64,000 bases of DNA, from NCBI GenBank assembly GCA_036556305.1, contig DATBJO010000018.1, forward strand, positions 23,918-87,917, given 5' to 3'. Positions within the stretch are counted from its first letter, which is position 1; every line of letters starts with the position of its first letter. This stretch comes from Gemmatimonadota bacterium. GTDB lineage: Bacteria; Gemmatimonadota; Gemmatimonadetes; JACCXV01; JAHWKZ01. The position numbers and the translations under genes were made by a program. This document shows positions 44,970 to 54,455 of this stretch, one piece after another. Below the pieces are notes generated by a model. It was given only the letters and a program-made list of their open reading frames with translations, had not been told where the DNA came from and made no database searches.

Positions 44970-45407
44970 ATGCGTCCTCTGCTTCACGCGCTGACTCTCT
45001 GCTCGCTCGCGCTCGTCCTGGCCGCCTGCGGAGGCGGCGACGACGGCGCCCCGGACTCGACCGACGACGGCGGAGCGGCCGCGTCGGACACGGCGGGCGT
45101 CGTCGAATCCTCCGACGCCCTGCCGCGAGACTCGGGCGGCGTCAGCGGCCAGGCGGTGTTCGCGGCGAACTGCGCGACCTGCCACGGCGAGCGGGGCCTC
45201 GGCGACGGGCCCGCGGCGACGGGCCTCGAGCCCCCGCCCGCGGATCTGACCGACGGGACGTGGACGACGGGCGACGGGTCCCTCCAGGCGGTGACGAATA
45301 CGGTCGAGCACGGCAGCCCGGGCACGGCGATGATCGGCTGGAAGGGCACGCTGACCGACGCCGAGATCGCCGCCGTAGCGGCGTACGTGAAGGAGCTCGG
45401 CCGGTAG
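44970..45407 (+). CDS. c-type cytochrome (class I), lipoprotein-anchored
   Basis: SD AAGGAG. Lipobox LVLAAC. Haem motif CATCHG. Distal Met in GTAMIGW. Confidence 0.85.
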   Translation: MRPLLHALTLCSLALVLAACGGGDDGAPDSTDDGGAAASDTAGVVESSDALPRDSGGVSGQAVFAANCATCHGERGLGDGPAATGLEPPPADLTDGTWTTGDGSLQAVTNTVEHGSPGTAMIGWKGTLTDAEIAAVAAYVKELGR

Positions 45408-45435
45408 CCGCAGCGGCGCGGCCGCGCGGGCCGCG

Positions 45436-46116
45436 ATGCCGATGAAGATCAGCTGCCGGCAGATCGAGAAGCGCTACGCGCTGGACGGGCGCGCGATCCA
45501 GGCGCTCGCCGGGGTCTCCTGCGAGATCGAATCCGGGGAGCTGCTCACGATCATGGGCCGATCGGGCTCCGGCAAGACGACCCTGCTCAACATCCTCGGC
45601 GGCCTCGACCGCCCGACGGCGGGCAACGTGCTCGTCGACGGCGAGGATCTCTATGCCCGCGGTGATCGGGCGCTCAGCCGGTACCGCAACGAGCGGATCG
45701 GCTTCGTGTTCCAGTCGTTCCACCTGTCCCCCGACGAGACCGCGCTCGAGAACGTGATGGTCCCGTTCCTGTTCGCTCGCCGGCCGCCCGGCGACGCGCG
45801 CGAGCGCGCCCGCCGGGCGCTCGCCGGAGTCGACCTCGGCGACCAGGTCGACCAGCCGGCGGGCACGCTCTCCGCCGGGCAGAAGCAGCGCGTGGCGATC
45901 GCGCGCGCGATCGTCAACGAGCCCGAGTTCGTGCTCGCCGACGAGCCGACGGGGAACCTGGACGACCGGACCGGCGCCGACATCGTCGCGCTCTTGCGCG
46001 GTCTCGCGGAGCGGGGACTCGGCGTCGTCATCGTCACGCACGACTCGGCGATCGCCGCGGCGGCCGACCGCACGCTGCGGATCGCCGACGGCCGGATCGT
46101 CGGGGAGGACCGATGA
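45436..46116 (+). CDS. ABC transporter ATP-binding protein (MacB/LolD-like)
   Basis: GRSGSGKTT, LSAGQKQRVAIARA, LADEPTGNLD. Confidence 0.9.
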   Translation: MPMKISCRQIEKRYALDGRAIQALAGVSCEIESGELLTIMGRSGSGKTTLLNILGGLDRPTAGNVLVDGEDLYARGDRALSRYRNERIGFVFQSFHLSPDETALENVMVPFLFARRPPGDARERARRALAGVDLGDQVDQPAGTLSAGQKQRVAIARAIVNEPEFVLADEPTGNLDDRTGADIVALLRGLAERGLGVVIVTHDSAIAAAADRTLRIADGRIVGEDR

Positions 46117-47405
46117 TCGGCCCCGCGCGCGCGCTGCGCCGGGCCGGCCACAACCTCGGGCGGCATCGCGCCCGCGCCGCGGTCCTGGCCGGCGGCGTGG
46201 CGATCGGCGTCGCGATGCTGGTGTACCTGCTCGCGTTCGTGGCCGGGACGCGGCGCGCTCTGCTCGACCGGGTCGTCAGCTCGATGCCGATCAACTACCT
46301 GACGGTGGCGCCGAAGTCCTTCTCGCTGTCGGTGATCAAGTTCGAAAGCCCGTTCTCGAGCCTCGACCCGCGCGCGGTCGAGCGGATCGCCGCCCTGAGA
46401 GGAGTCGAGCGCGTCCTGCCGATGGCGGCCCTCAAGCTCCCCGCGCAGCTCCGGATGCGCGTCTTCGGTCAGGGGTTCGTCACCGACACGGGCGTGTTCG
46501 GGATCGATCCCGAGCTCGTCGCGGATCAGGTCCCGGCGGATGCCGGATTCGCGGCCGACGCGGACGAGGGCGCGCCGGTCCCGGCCGTCATCTCCGCGGA
46601 CCTGATCGACATGTACAACACCGGCTTCGCCAAGACGAACGACCTCCCGCAGCTGACGCCGGAGATCCTCGGCGGCCAGCAGGCGGTCCTCTATCTGGGG
46701 AGCTCCTCGTTCCGCCCGGGTCCCGAGGACCGGATCAGACCCGTCACCGTGCGCATGATCGGCGTCAGCGACCGCGTGCCGCTCGTCGGCGTGAGCCTGC
46801 CGCGCGCTCTCGTCGAGCGCTGGAACCGGGAGCTCGCGGGCGAATCGACCCCTCAGTACATGCAGCTCACGGTCGTGGTCGCGCGCGCGCAGGACGTCGA
46901 GGAGGTCGCGGCCGGGATCGAGGCGATGGGCTACGAGGTCACGTCGGGGCGCGAGATCGCGCAGCGGATCCGCACCCTGACCCGGGTCCTCCAGGCGGCC
47001 TTCGGCCTGATCGGCCTGGTCGTCCTTGCGGTGGCGGGCGTGGGGATCGGCAACGCGCTCCTCCTGTCCGTGATGGAGCGGCGCCACGAGATCGGGATCT
47101 TCCGCTCGGTCGGGGCCAGCCGCGGGGACATCCGGCTCCTGTTCCTGTGCGAGGCCGCGCTCATCGGCCTGGGGGGAGCGGCGGCCGGGGTCGGGCTGGC
47201 CGTGCTCGCCGCGCGGGCGACGGACCTCGCCCTCGACCGCGTCCTGCCGGACCTGCTGCTCCTCCCCGAGACCTTCTTCGTCCTTTCTTGGCCGATCCTG
47301 GGGGTGGGCCTTAGCTTGGGGCTCCTGGTCAGCATCTTCGCGGCAGTCCCCCCCGCCCACCGGGCGGCGCGGATGGATCCTGCGCGCATCCTCACTTCCG
47401 GCTAG
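46113..47405 (+). CDS. ABC transporter permease, FtsX/MacB-like
   Basis: Overlaps the ATPase stop. N-terminal TM, large periplasmic domain, C-terminal FtsX-type 3-TM bundle (..ERRHEIGIFRSVGASRGDI..). Confidence 0.85.
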   Translation: MIGPARALRRAGHNLGRHRARAAVLAGGVAIGVAMLVYLLAFVAGTRRALLDRVVSSMPINYLTVAPKSFSLSVIKFESPFSSLDPRAVERIAALRGVERVLPMAALKLPAQLRMRVFGQGFVTDTGVFGIDPELVADQVPADAGFAADADEGAPVPAVISADLIDMYNTGFAKTNDLPQLTPEILGGQQAVLYLGSSSFRPGPEDRIRPVTVRMIGVSDRVPLVGVSLPRALVERWNRELAGESTPQYMQLTVVVARAQDVEEVAAGIEAMGYEVTSGREIAQRIRTLTRVLQAAFGLIGLVVLAVAGVGIGNALLLSVMERRHEIGIFRSVGASRGDIRLLFLCEAALIGLGGAAAGVGLAVLAARATDLALDRVLPDLLLLPETFFVLSWPILGVGLSLGLLVSIFAAVPPAHRAARMDPARILTSG

Positions 47406-47407
47406 GC

Positions 47408-48505
47408 ATGGTCGAGAAGACGCGCAAGAAGGTTTCGGCCCGGACGCTGGCCGCCCGTTACGAAGGGATCGAGTTCCGCACCGAGCGCCTCGACCGCCTT
47501 TGCGACATCCTCTCCGGGGTCCCCGACCCCCTCGAGGCCGCGTCCCGCGAGGAGCTGATCGCGCGCTCGGAATGGACGGCGCTCGACACGCGCCGCCGGA
47601 ACCGGGCGCTGGGCTTCCTGAGGCGCTCCTATCTGCTGGCGCGCCACATGCTTCGACCTCCCGCGACCTACTTGCGGAGTCCCCGGGACGAGCCGTTCGG
47701 GAAGAGTCACCTCCGGGCCATCAAGCTCCCGAAGGTCCCGTTCCGGTACAAGGAAGTCCCGATGGCCGCGCTGGCCCCGAAGGGCACCCTGACGGTGGCC
47801 CCGCTCCTGTCCCTCGTGCCGCGGCTCGTTTCGACGCCGACCGAGGACCTCCCCGTGATCCTCAACTCGCGCCTGTTCCACTTCTACTGGCATCACTACT
47901 ACCCGAAGAAGTCGGGCGCACCGGCCGTGCCGGCGGAGGAGCGGCTGGCCGCGTTCGAGATGCCCATGCTGCCCCGGAAGCTGGGCGCGCCCTTCCGTGA
48001 GGCGCGGGACGCCCTGCTCGAGCTGGCCGCCGAAAACAGCGAGCGCCTGGCCGCGATGGACGAGGTGCACAAGATCGCGCAGGGCGCCAAGGTCCCGCTC
48101 GTCCCGCTCGTGCGCACCGAGGGGATCATCCGCGAGATCAACGTGCCCCGCGCGCTCGCCGAGGTCGCGGACGTCAAGCGCCGGGGCCCGGTCGTGATCT
48201 TCCGTCGCGGGTCGACGATCGTCACCACCACCGAAGAGACCGCCACCTACCTGGAGCTGTGGCTCAAGGCGCGCTTCAACGAGCTCCGCGGAATGACCAA
48301 GGAGGAGCTCGAGATGTTCATCCAGCTGCCGGTGACGACCGCCCATGTCGTCGTCGTGCTCCAGCACCGGGCCCGGATCGAGGCCGAGATCGAGCGCACG
48401 CAGGCCAAGATCGAGGAGCTCCAGGCCCAGGCGGAGAGCCACCTCTACGACCTCTACGAGATGACCGAGGCGGAGCGCGACTACCTGCGCGCCTCGGCGT
48501 CCTGA
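47408..48505 (+). CDS. hypothetical protein resembling a stand-alone TaqI-like C-terminal specificity (TRD) domain
   Basis: Starts 2 nt after the permease stop. Motifs DLPVILNSRLFHFYW, ..FEMPMLP.., and the C-terminal coiled-coil plus HLYDLYEMTEAERDYL tail recall type IIG/BREX methylase TRDs. No NPPY/SAM motifs were seen. The coding call is solid, but the family call is by eye only. Confidence 0.55.
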   Translation: MVEKTRKKVSARTLAARYEGIEFRTERLDRLCDILSGVPDPLEAASREELIARSEWTALDTRRRNRALGFLRRSYLLARHMLRPPATYLRSPRDEPFGKSHLRAIKLPKVPFRYKEVPMAALAPKGTLTVAPLLSLVPRLVSTPTEDLPVILNSRLFHFYWHHYYPKKSGAPAVPAEERLAAFEMPMLPRKLGAPFREARDALLELAAENSERLAAMDEVHKIAQGAKVPLVPLVRTEGIIREINVPRALAEVADVKRRGPVVIFRRGSTIVTTTEETATYLELWLKARFNELRGMTKEELEMFIQLPVTTAHVVVVLQHRARIEAEIERTQAKIEELQAQAESHLYDLYEMTEAERDYLRASAS

Positions 48506-48509
48506 CCCG

Positions 48510-49640
48510 ATGACGCCGCTCGTGCTCCCCATCGGCGTCGAAGAGGAGTACCAGCTCTGCGAGCCGGACACGGGCGACCTGACACCCGCCGTCGAGGCGG
48601 TGCTGGGCGCCGCGAGCCCGGAGCTCCGCGAGCGCCTGGGGTACGAGCTCCTGCACACGGTCCTCGAGGGGAACATCGAGAAGTCCGTCGACTTCGCCGA
48701 TGCGATGGGTCGCGTGCGGGCGCTCCGCTGCGACGTCCTCGAGGTGGCGGCGTCGCTCGGCGTCGCGATCGGGATCGGTGGCGTGCACCCGTTCGCGCGC
48801 TGGCAGGACCAGGACTTCGTCGACACGCCCGCGTACCAGTGGGTGGGACGCCAGCTGCGGTACCTGGCCCGCCGCAACCTGTCGTTCGGTCTCCACGTCC
48901 ACGTGCAGATCGAAGACCCCGAGGCGCGGGTCTACGTCGCCAACCAGCTGCGGCGGTGGTGCGCCCCGCTCCTCGCGCTGTCCGCCAACTCGCCCTTCTT
49001 CGACGGCGCCGACACGGGCTTCCAGTCGATCCGCGTGCACGTCTTCGGGTCGTTCCCTCGCACCGGGTTCGCGCCGCGCTTCCGCGACTGGTCCCACTAC
49101 ATGCGGGTCATCGACCGGCTGACCGATTCCGGCGCGATCACCGCTCCGCGTCAGGTGTGGTGGAACGTGCGGCCCCACGTGACGTACAGCACGGTCGAGC
49201 TGCGGATGCTCGACATGCAGATCGGTCTCGACCGCACCCGCGCGCTCGTCGCGCTCTCGCAGGCGGCGACGGCGGACCTCGTGTCGCGCTGGGAGGCGGC
49301 CGAGCCCGAGTGGGAGCTCGAGCCGGCCTGGCTCGCAGACGGCTGGTTCAAGGCCCAGCGCTTCGGCTGGGACGAGCCGGTCGCGCATCCGATCACGGGG
49401 GAGACCGTGAGCCTCCGCGACGAGATCGAGGAGATGCTCAGACTCGCGCGCCCGTGGGCGGCCGAGCTGGGAACGACGGCCGACGCGATCGACGGGACGC
49501 GGCGGATCCTGGCCGAGGGTCCGGAGGCCGACTGGCAGCGCCGCGAATGGGAAGCGAACGGCCGCGACTTGGGGGCGCTTCAGCGGCGGATCTTCGGGAG
49601 GGTCAGGGACGAAGCCCGCTGCGAAGCCCTCGTGGGCTGA
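48510..49640 (+). CDS. carboxylate-amine ligase, glutamate-cysteine ligase family 2 (YbdK-like)
   Basis: IGVEEEYQL N-terminus, GLHVHV, and VELRMLD motifs. Confidence 0.85.
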   Translation: MTPLVLPIGVEEEYQLCEPDTGDLTPAVEAVLGAASPELRERLGYELLHTVLEGNIEKSVDFADAMGRVRALRCDVLEVAASLGVAIGIGGVHPFARWQDQDFVDTPAYQWVGRQLRYLARRNLSFGLHVHVQIEDPEARVYVANQLRRWCAPLLALSANSPFFDGADTGFQSIRVHVFGSFPRTGFAPRFRDWSHYMRVIDRLTDSGAITAPRQVWWNVRPHVTYSTVELRMLDMQIGLDRTRALVALSQAATADLVSRWEAAEPEWELEPAWLADGWFKAQRFGWDEPVAHPITGETVSLRDEIEEMLRLARPWAAELGTTADAIDGTRRILAEGPEADWQRREWEANGRDLGALQRRIFGRVRDEARCEALVG

Positions 49641-49642
49641 AA

Positions 49643-49681
49643 AATCGTCATCCACAGTCGCGCGCCTCGACGATGACGATT
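49643..49681 (+). terminator. hairpin after the GCS2 gene
   Basis: AATCGTCATC ...(inner GTCG/CGAC stem)... GATGACGATT, flanked by AAAA and TCTT. Confidence 0.4.
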
Positions 49682-49720
49682 CTTGCGTCGGCATCCGGTT
49701 CCAGGAGCCTCTTCTCGGCG

Positions 49721-51770
<2,050 letters not shown>

Positions 51771-51795
51771 ACCGCCGGGGTTATATTCGACCGTC

Positions 51796-52374
51796 ATGAG
51801 CGCGCGCGACGAGACCCGCGAGATCCCCATCGAAGACCCGCAAGCCGAGGCGCCGTCGTCCGCGGGCGACGAGCGGGGCGACCTCCCGGAGGAGCCGGTG
51901 GTCGCGACCGAGGACCTCGAGGAGGAGATCGAGGAAGAGCTCACCGCGCTCCAGGACCGGTTCCTGCGGCTCCAGGCCGAATTCGACAACTACCGCAAGC
52001 GCGAGGCGCGGGAGCGCTCCGCCGCCTGGGCGCGCGCCAAGGCAGACCTCGTCCAGAAGCTCCTGGGCGCGCTCGACGACTTGCAGCGCGTCGCGCACTT
52101 CGATCCAGAGAAGACGAGCGCGTCCGCGATCATGGACGGCGTCTCGCTCGTCGAGCGTAAGCTCGTCGAAACCCTGCGTCGCGAGGGGCTGGCGCGGATC
52201 GGCGAGCCGGGAGAGGCCTTCGATCCGCATCGTCACGAGGCGATCTCCACGCTCGCCACGGCGAACCCGGAGCAGGACGGGACGGTGGCCGCGGTCGCGA
52301 TCCCCGGCTACGAGTTCGGGAGCCAGCTGTTGCGGCCCGCGCAGGTGCAGGTCTACGAGCACCGACAGGGTTGA
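51796..52374 (+). CDS. grpE: nucleotide exchange factor GrpE
   Basis: Acidic N-terminus, RLQAEFDNYRKR motif, C-terminal beta domain. TATATT at 51782-87 lies 8 nt before the ATG. Confidence 0.95.
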   Translation: MSARDETREIPIEDPQAEAPSSAGDERGDLPEEPVVATEDLEEEIEEELTALQDRFLRLQAEFDNYRKREARERSAAWARAKADLVQKLLGALDDLQRVAHFDPEKTSASAIMDGVSLVERKLVETLRREGLARIGEPGEAFDPHRHEAISTLATANPEQDGTVAAVAIPGYEFGSQLLRPAQVQVYEHRQG

Positions 52375-52504
52375 AATGACCAATCTCTGCGTTGCACTCG
52401 CTCGGCTGTCCTGCGGCGTGGGTTCCACTACGCCTCGCACCCACCTTCGGTGGGTACCGGCCCCACTCGCGCGCCTTGACATTGGTCATTTCGGAACTCC
52501 TGTC
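52364..52504 (+). repeat. dispersed palindromic intergenic repeat, copy E (141 nt, with an extra UUCG hairpin)
   Basis: Terminal stem GACAGGGTTGAAATGACCAAT / ATTGGTCATTTCGGAACTCCTGTC. Inner hairpin GGCGTGG-GTTCCA-CTACGCC (one G-T pair). Inserted CCCACC-TTCG-GGTGGG. Fills the grpE-dnaJ spacer. Confidence 0.8.
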
Positions 52505-52521
52505 AGTTCAGCGTCTCCTTA

Positions 52522-53646
52522 GTGGCGGCGAAGGATTACTATCAGGTTCTCGGGGTTCCCAAGGACGCCGATCCCGACGCGATCAAGAAGGCCTACCGCA
52601 AGCTCGCGCGGAAGTATCATCCCGACGCCAACCCGGACGATCCCGCCGCCGAGGAGCGCTTCAAGGAGATCTCCGAGGCCTATCGGGTGGTCTCCGATCC
52701 CGACAAGCGGAAGCAGTACGACGCCATGCGGACGGCGGGGGCGGGGGCGGGCTTCGGAGGCGGACCGGGCGGATCCGGCGGCTTCGGCTTCGGGCAGGGG
52801 CCGGGCGGTCAGTGGCAGACGATCGACCTCGAGGACCTCGCGGGCGCCGAGGGGTTCGGCTTCGGCGACCTGTTCTCGGCGATCTTCGGCGGCCGTCGCG
52901 GCCGGGGCGCCGGGGCGCCGCGCCCGCACAAGGGAGCCGATCGGCGCCTCGACGTCCGGGTCTCGTTCGAGGTCGCGGCGCGGGGCGGCGAGATCGAGAT
53001 CCGCGTGCCGCTCGAGGTCGAGTGCCCGCGCTGCGAAGGGAAGGGGGCGGAGCCGGGCACGCCGGTCGAGACGTGCCCGCAGTGCGGCGGGACCGGCAGC
53101 GTGTCGCTCGTCCAGGGCGGGTTCGCCGTCCAGCGCCCGTGCCCGCGCTGCTACGGACGGGGGACCCTGATCCAGGAGCCGTGTGCGAAATGCCGCGGCG
53201 AAGGCTCGGTGACCGAGAAGAAGCGCGTGAAGGTCCGGATCCCGGCCGCGATCGAGGAAGGCGAGCGGATCCGCCTGCGCGGCAAGGGCGAGCCGGGGCC
53301 CGCCGGCGGTCCGCCGGGCGACCTGGTCCTGACCGTGCGGATCAAGCCCGACCGCTTCTTCCGGCGCGAGGGGCTCGACCTCCATTGCACGGTGCCGATC
53401 ACGATCGTCCAGGCGATGCTGGGAGCGAAGATCCGCGTGCGCACGATCCACGGGAAGAAGGCCGAGGTGCGGGTGCCGCCCGGAACGCAGAGCGGGACCC
53501 GGCTGCGCCTCAAGGGGCAGGGGCTCGAACGCGACGGACGGAAAGGGGATCAGTACGTGGAGATCAAGGTCAAGGTCCCCGAGAAGCTGAGCGACGAGGA
53601 GCGGGATCTCGTCGAGCAGCTCGGACAGAAGCTGGATACCCAATGA
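52522..53646 (+). CDS. dnaJ: molecular chaperone DnaJ
   Basis: J domain ([12 protein letters not shown]), G/F region, four CxxCxGxG zinc motifs. GTG start. Confidence 0.95.
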   Translation: MAAKDYYQVLGVPKDADPDAIKKAYRKLARKYHPDANPDDPAAEERFKEISEAYRVVSDPDKRKQYDAMRTAGAGAGFGGGPGGSGGFGFGQGPGGQWQTIDLEDLAGAEGFGFGDLFSAIFGGRRGRGAGAPRPHKGADRRLDVRVSFEVAARGGEIEIRVPLEVECPRCEGKGAEPGTPVETCPQCGGTGSVSLVQGGFAVQRPCPRCYGRGTLIQEPCAKCRGEGSVTEKKRVKVRIPAAIEEGERIRLRGKGEPGPAGGPPGDLVLTVRIKPDRFFRREGLDLHCTVPITIVQAMLGAKIRVRTIHGKKAEVRVPPGTQSGTRLRLKGQGLERDGRKGDQYVEIKVKVPEKLSDEERDLVEQLGQKLDTQ

Positions 53647-53653
53647 GGGCGAC

Positions 53654-54394
53654 GTGAGACCGGAGCTCGGGATCGTGGGATACGGCCGCTGCGGGCAGCT
53701 CGCGGCGGAGGTCCTCGAAGGCGACTTCGAGGTTCTCGCGACCGACGTGCGCGACCGTTCGGACGAAGCGTCGGCGCGCGGCGTCGCCTGGGGCGACCTG
53801 GCCGCATGCGCGTCGCGGCCGATCGTGCTCCTCGCGGTGCCGATCCGGACGATGCCGGACGTGCTCAAGGCGATGGCGCCCCACCTCAGGAACGGGGCCA
53901 CCGTCGTCGACATGGCCTCGGTCAAGGTCGAGCCCATGCGCTGGATGGCGGAGCTCCTGCCGGCCGGGGTGGCGCGGGTCGGCACGCATCCCCTGTTCGG
54001 GCCGGACAGCGTTCCGGACCGGAGCGTCCGCGGCCAGCGGATCGTCGTCTGCGAGGCCGCGGGCCACGCGGGCGCGGCGCGCTCGATCGAGATCGTCGCG
54101 CGACGGCTCGGCCTGGAGGCGATCAAGCTCGATCCCGAGACCCACGACCGCGAGATGGCCCGCTCCCAGGCGCTCGTCTTCCTGCTCGCGCGCTCGCTGT
54201 CGGTGGCCGGACTCGAAGGCTCCCCCTATGGAACGAACTCCGAGCGCAGGGTGTGGTCGGCGCTCAACCTGACCACTGCCGACACCGACGAGCTCTACGA
54301 GGACATCCTCAAGCTGAACCCGTTCGCGGCGGAGTCGGCCCGGGCGCTCGCCACCGCGATCCGCTCGGAGGCCGAGCGCTTGACAAACGGCTGA
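53654..54394 (+). CDS. tyrA: prephenate/arogenate dehydrogenase
   Basis: LGIVGYGRCG Rossmann motif, VDMASVK, THPLFGP. Confidence 0.8.
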   Translation: MRPELGIVGYGRCGQLAAEVLEGDFEVLATDVRDRSDEASARGVAWGDLAACASRPIVLLAVPIRTMPDVLKAMAPHLRNGATVVDMASVKVEPMRWMAELLPAGVARVGTHPLFGPDSVPDRSVRGQRIVVCEAAGHAGAARSIEIVARRLGLEAIKLDPETHDREMARSQALVFLLARSLSVAGLEGSPYGTNSERRVWSALNLTTADTDELYEDILKLNPFAAESARALATAIRSEAERLTNG

Positions 54395-54455
54395 TTCCGT
54401 CGTCAGATACGACCAATCCCGCGTCCAGGAATCCATCCCGAACAGGAGACTCGTC

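Noticed and set aside
52388-52400. CIRCE heat-shock operator resemblance (GTTGCACTC versus TTAGCACTC) in the grpE-dnaJ copy.
   Set aside because: No GAGTGC partner lies 9 nt away, and the same block occurs in all repeat copies regardless of neighbouring genes.
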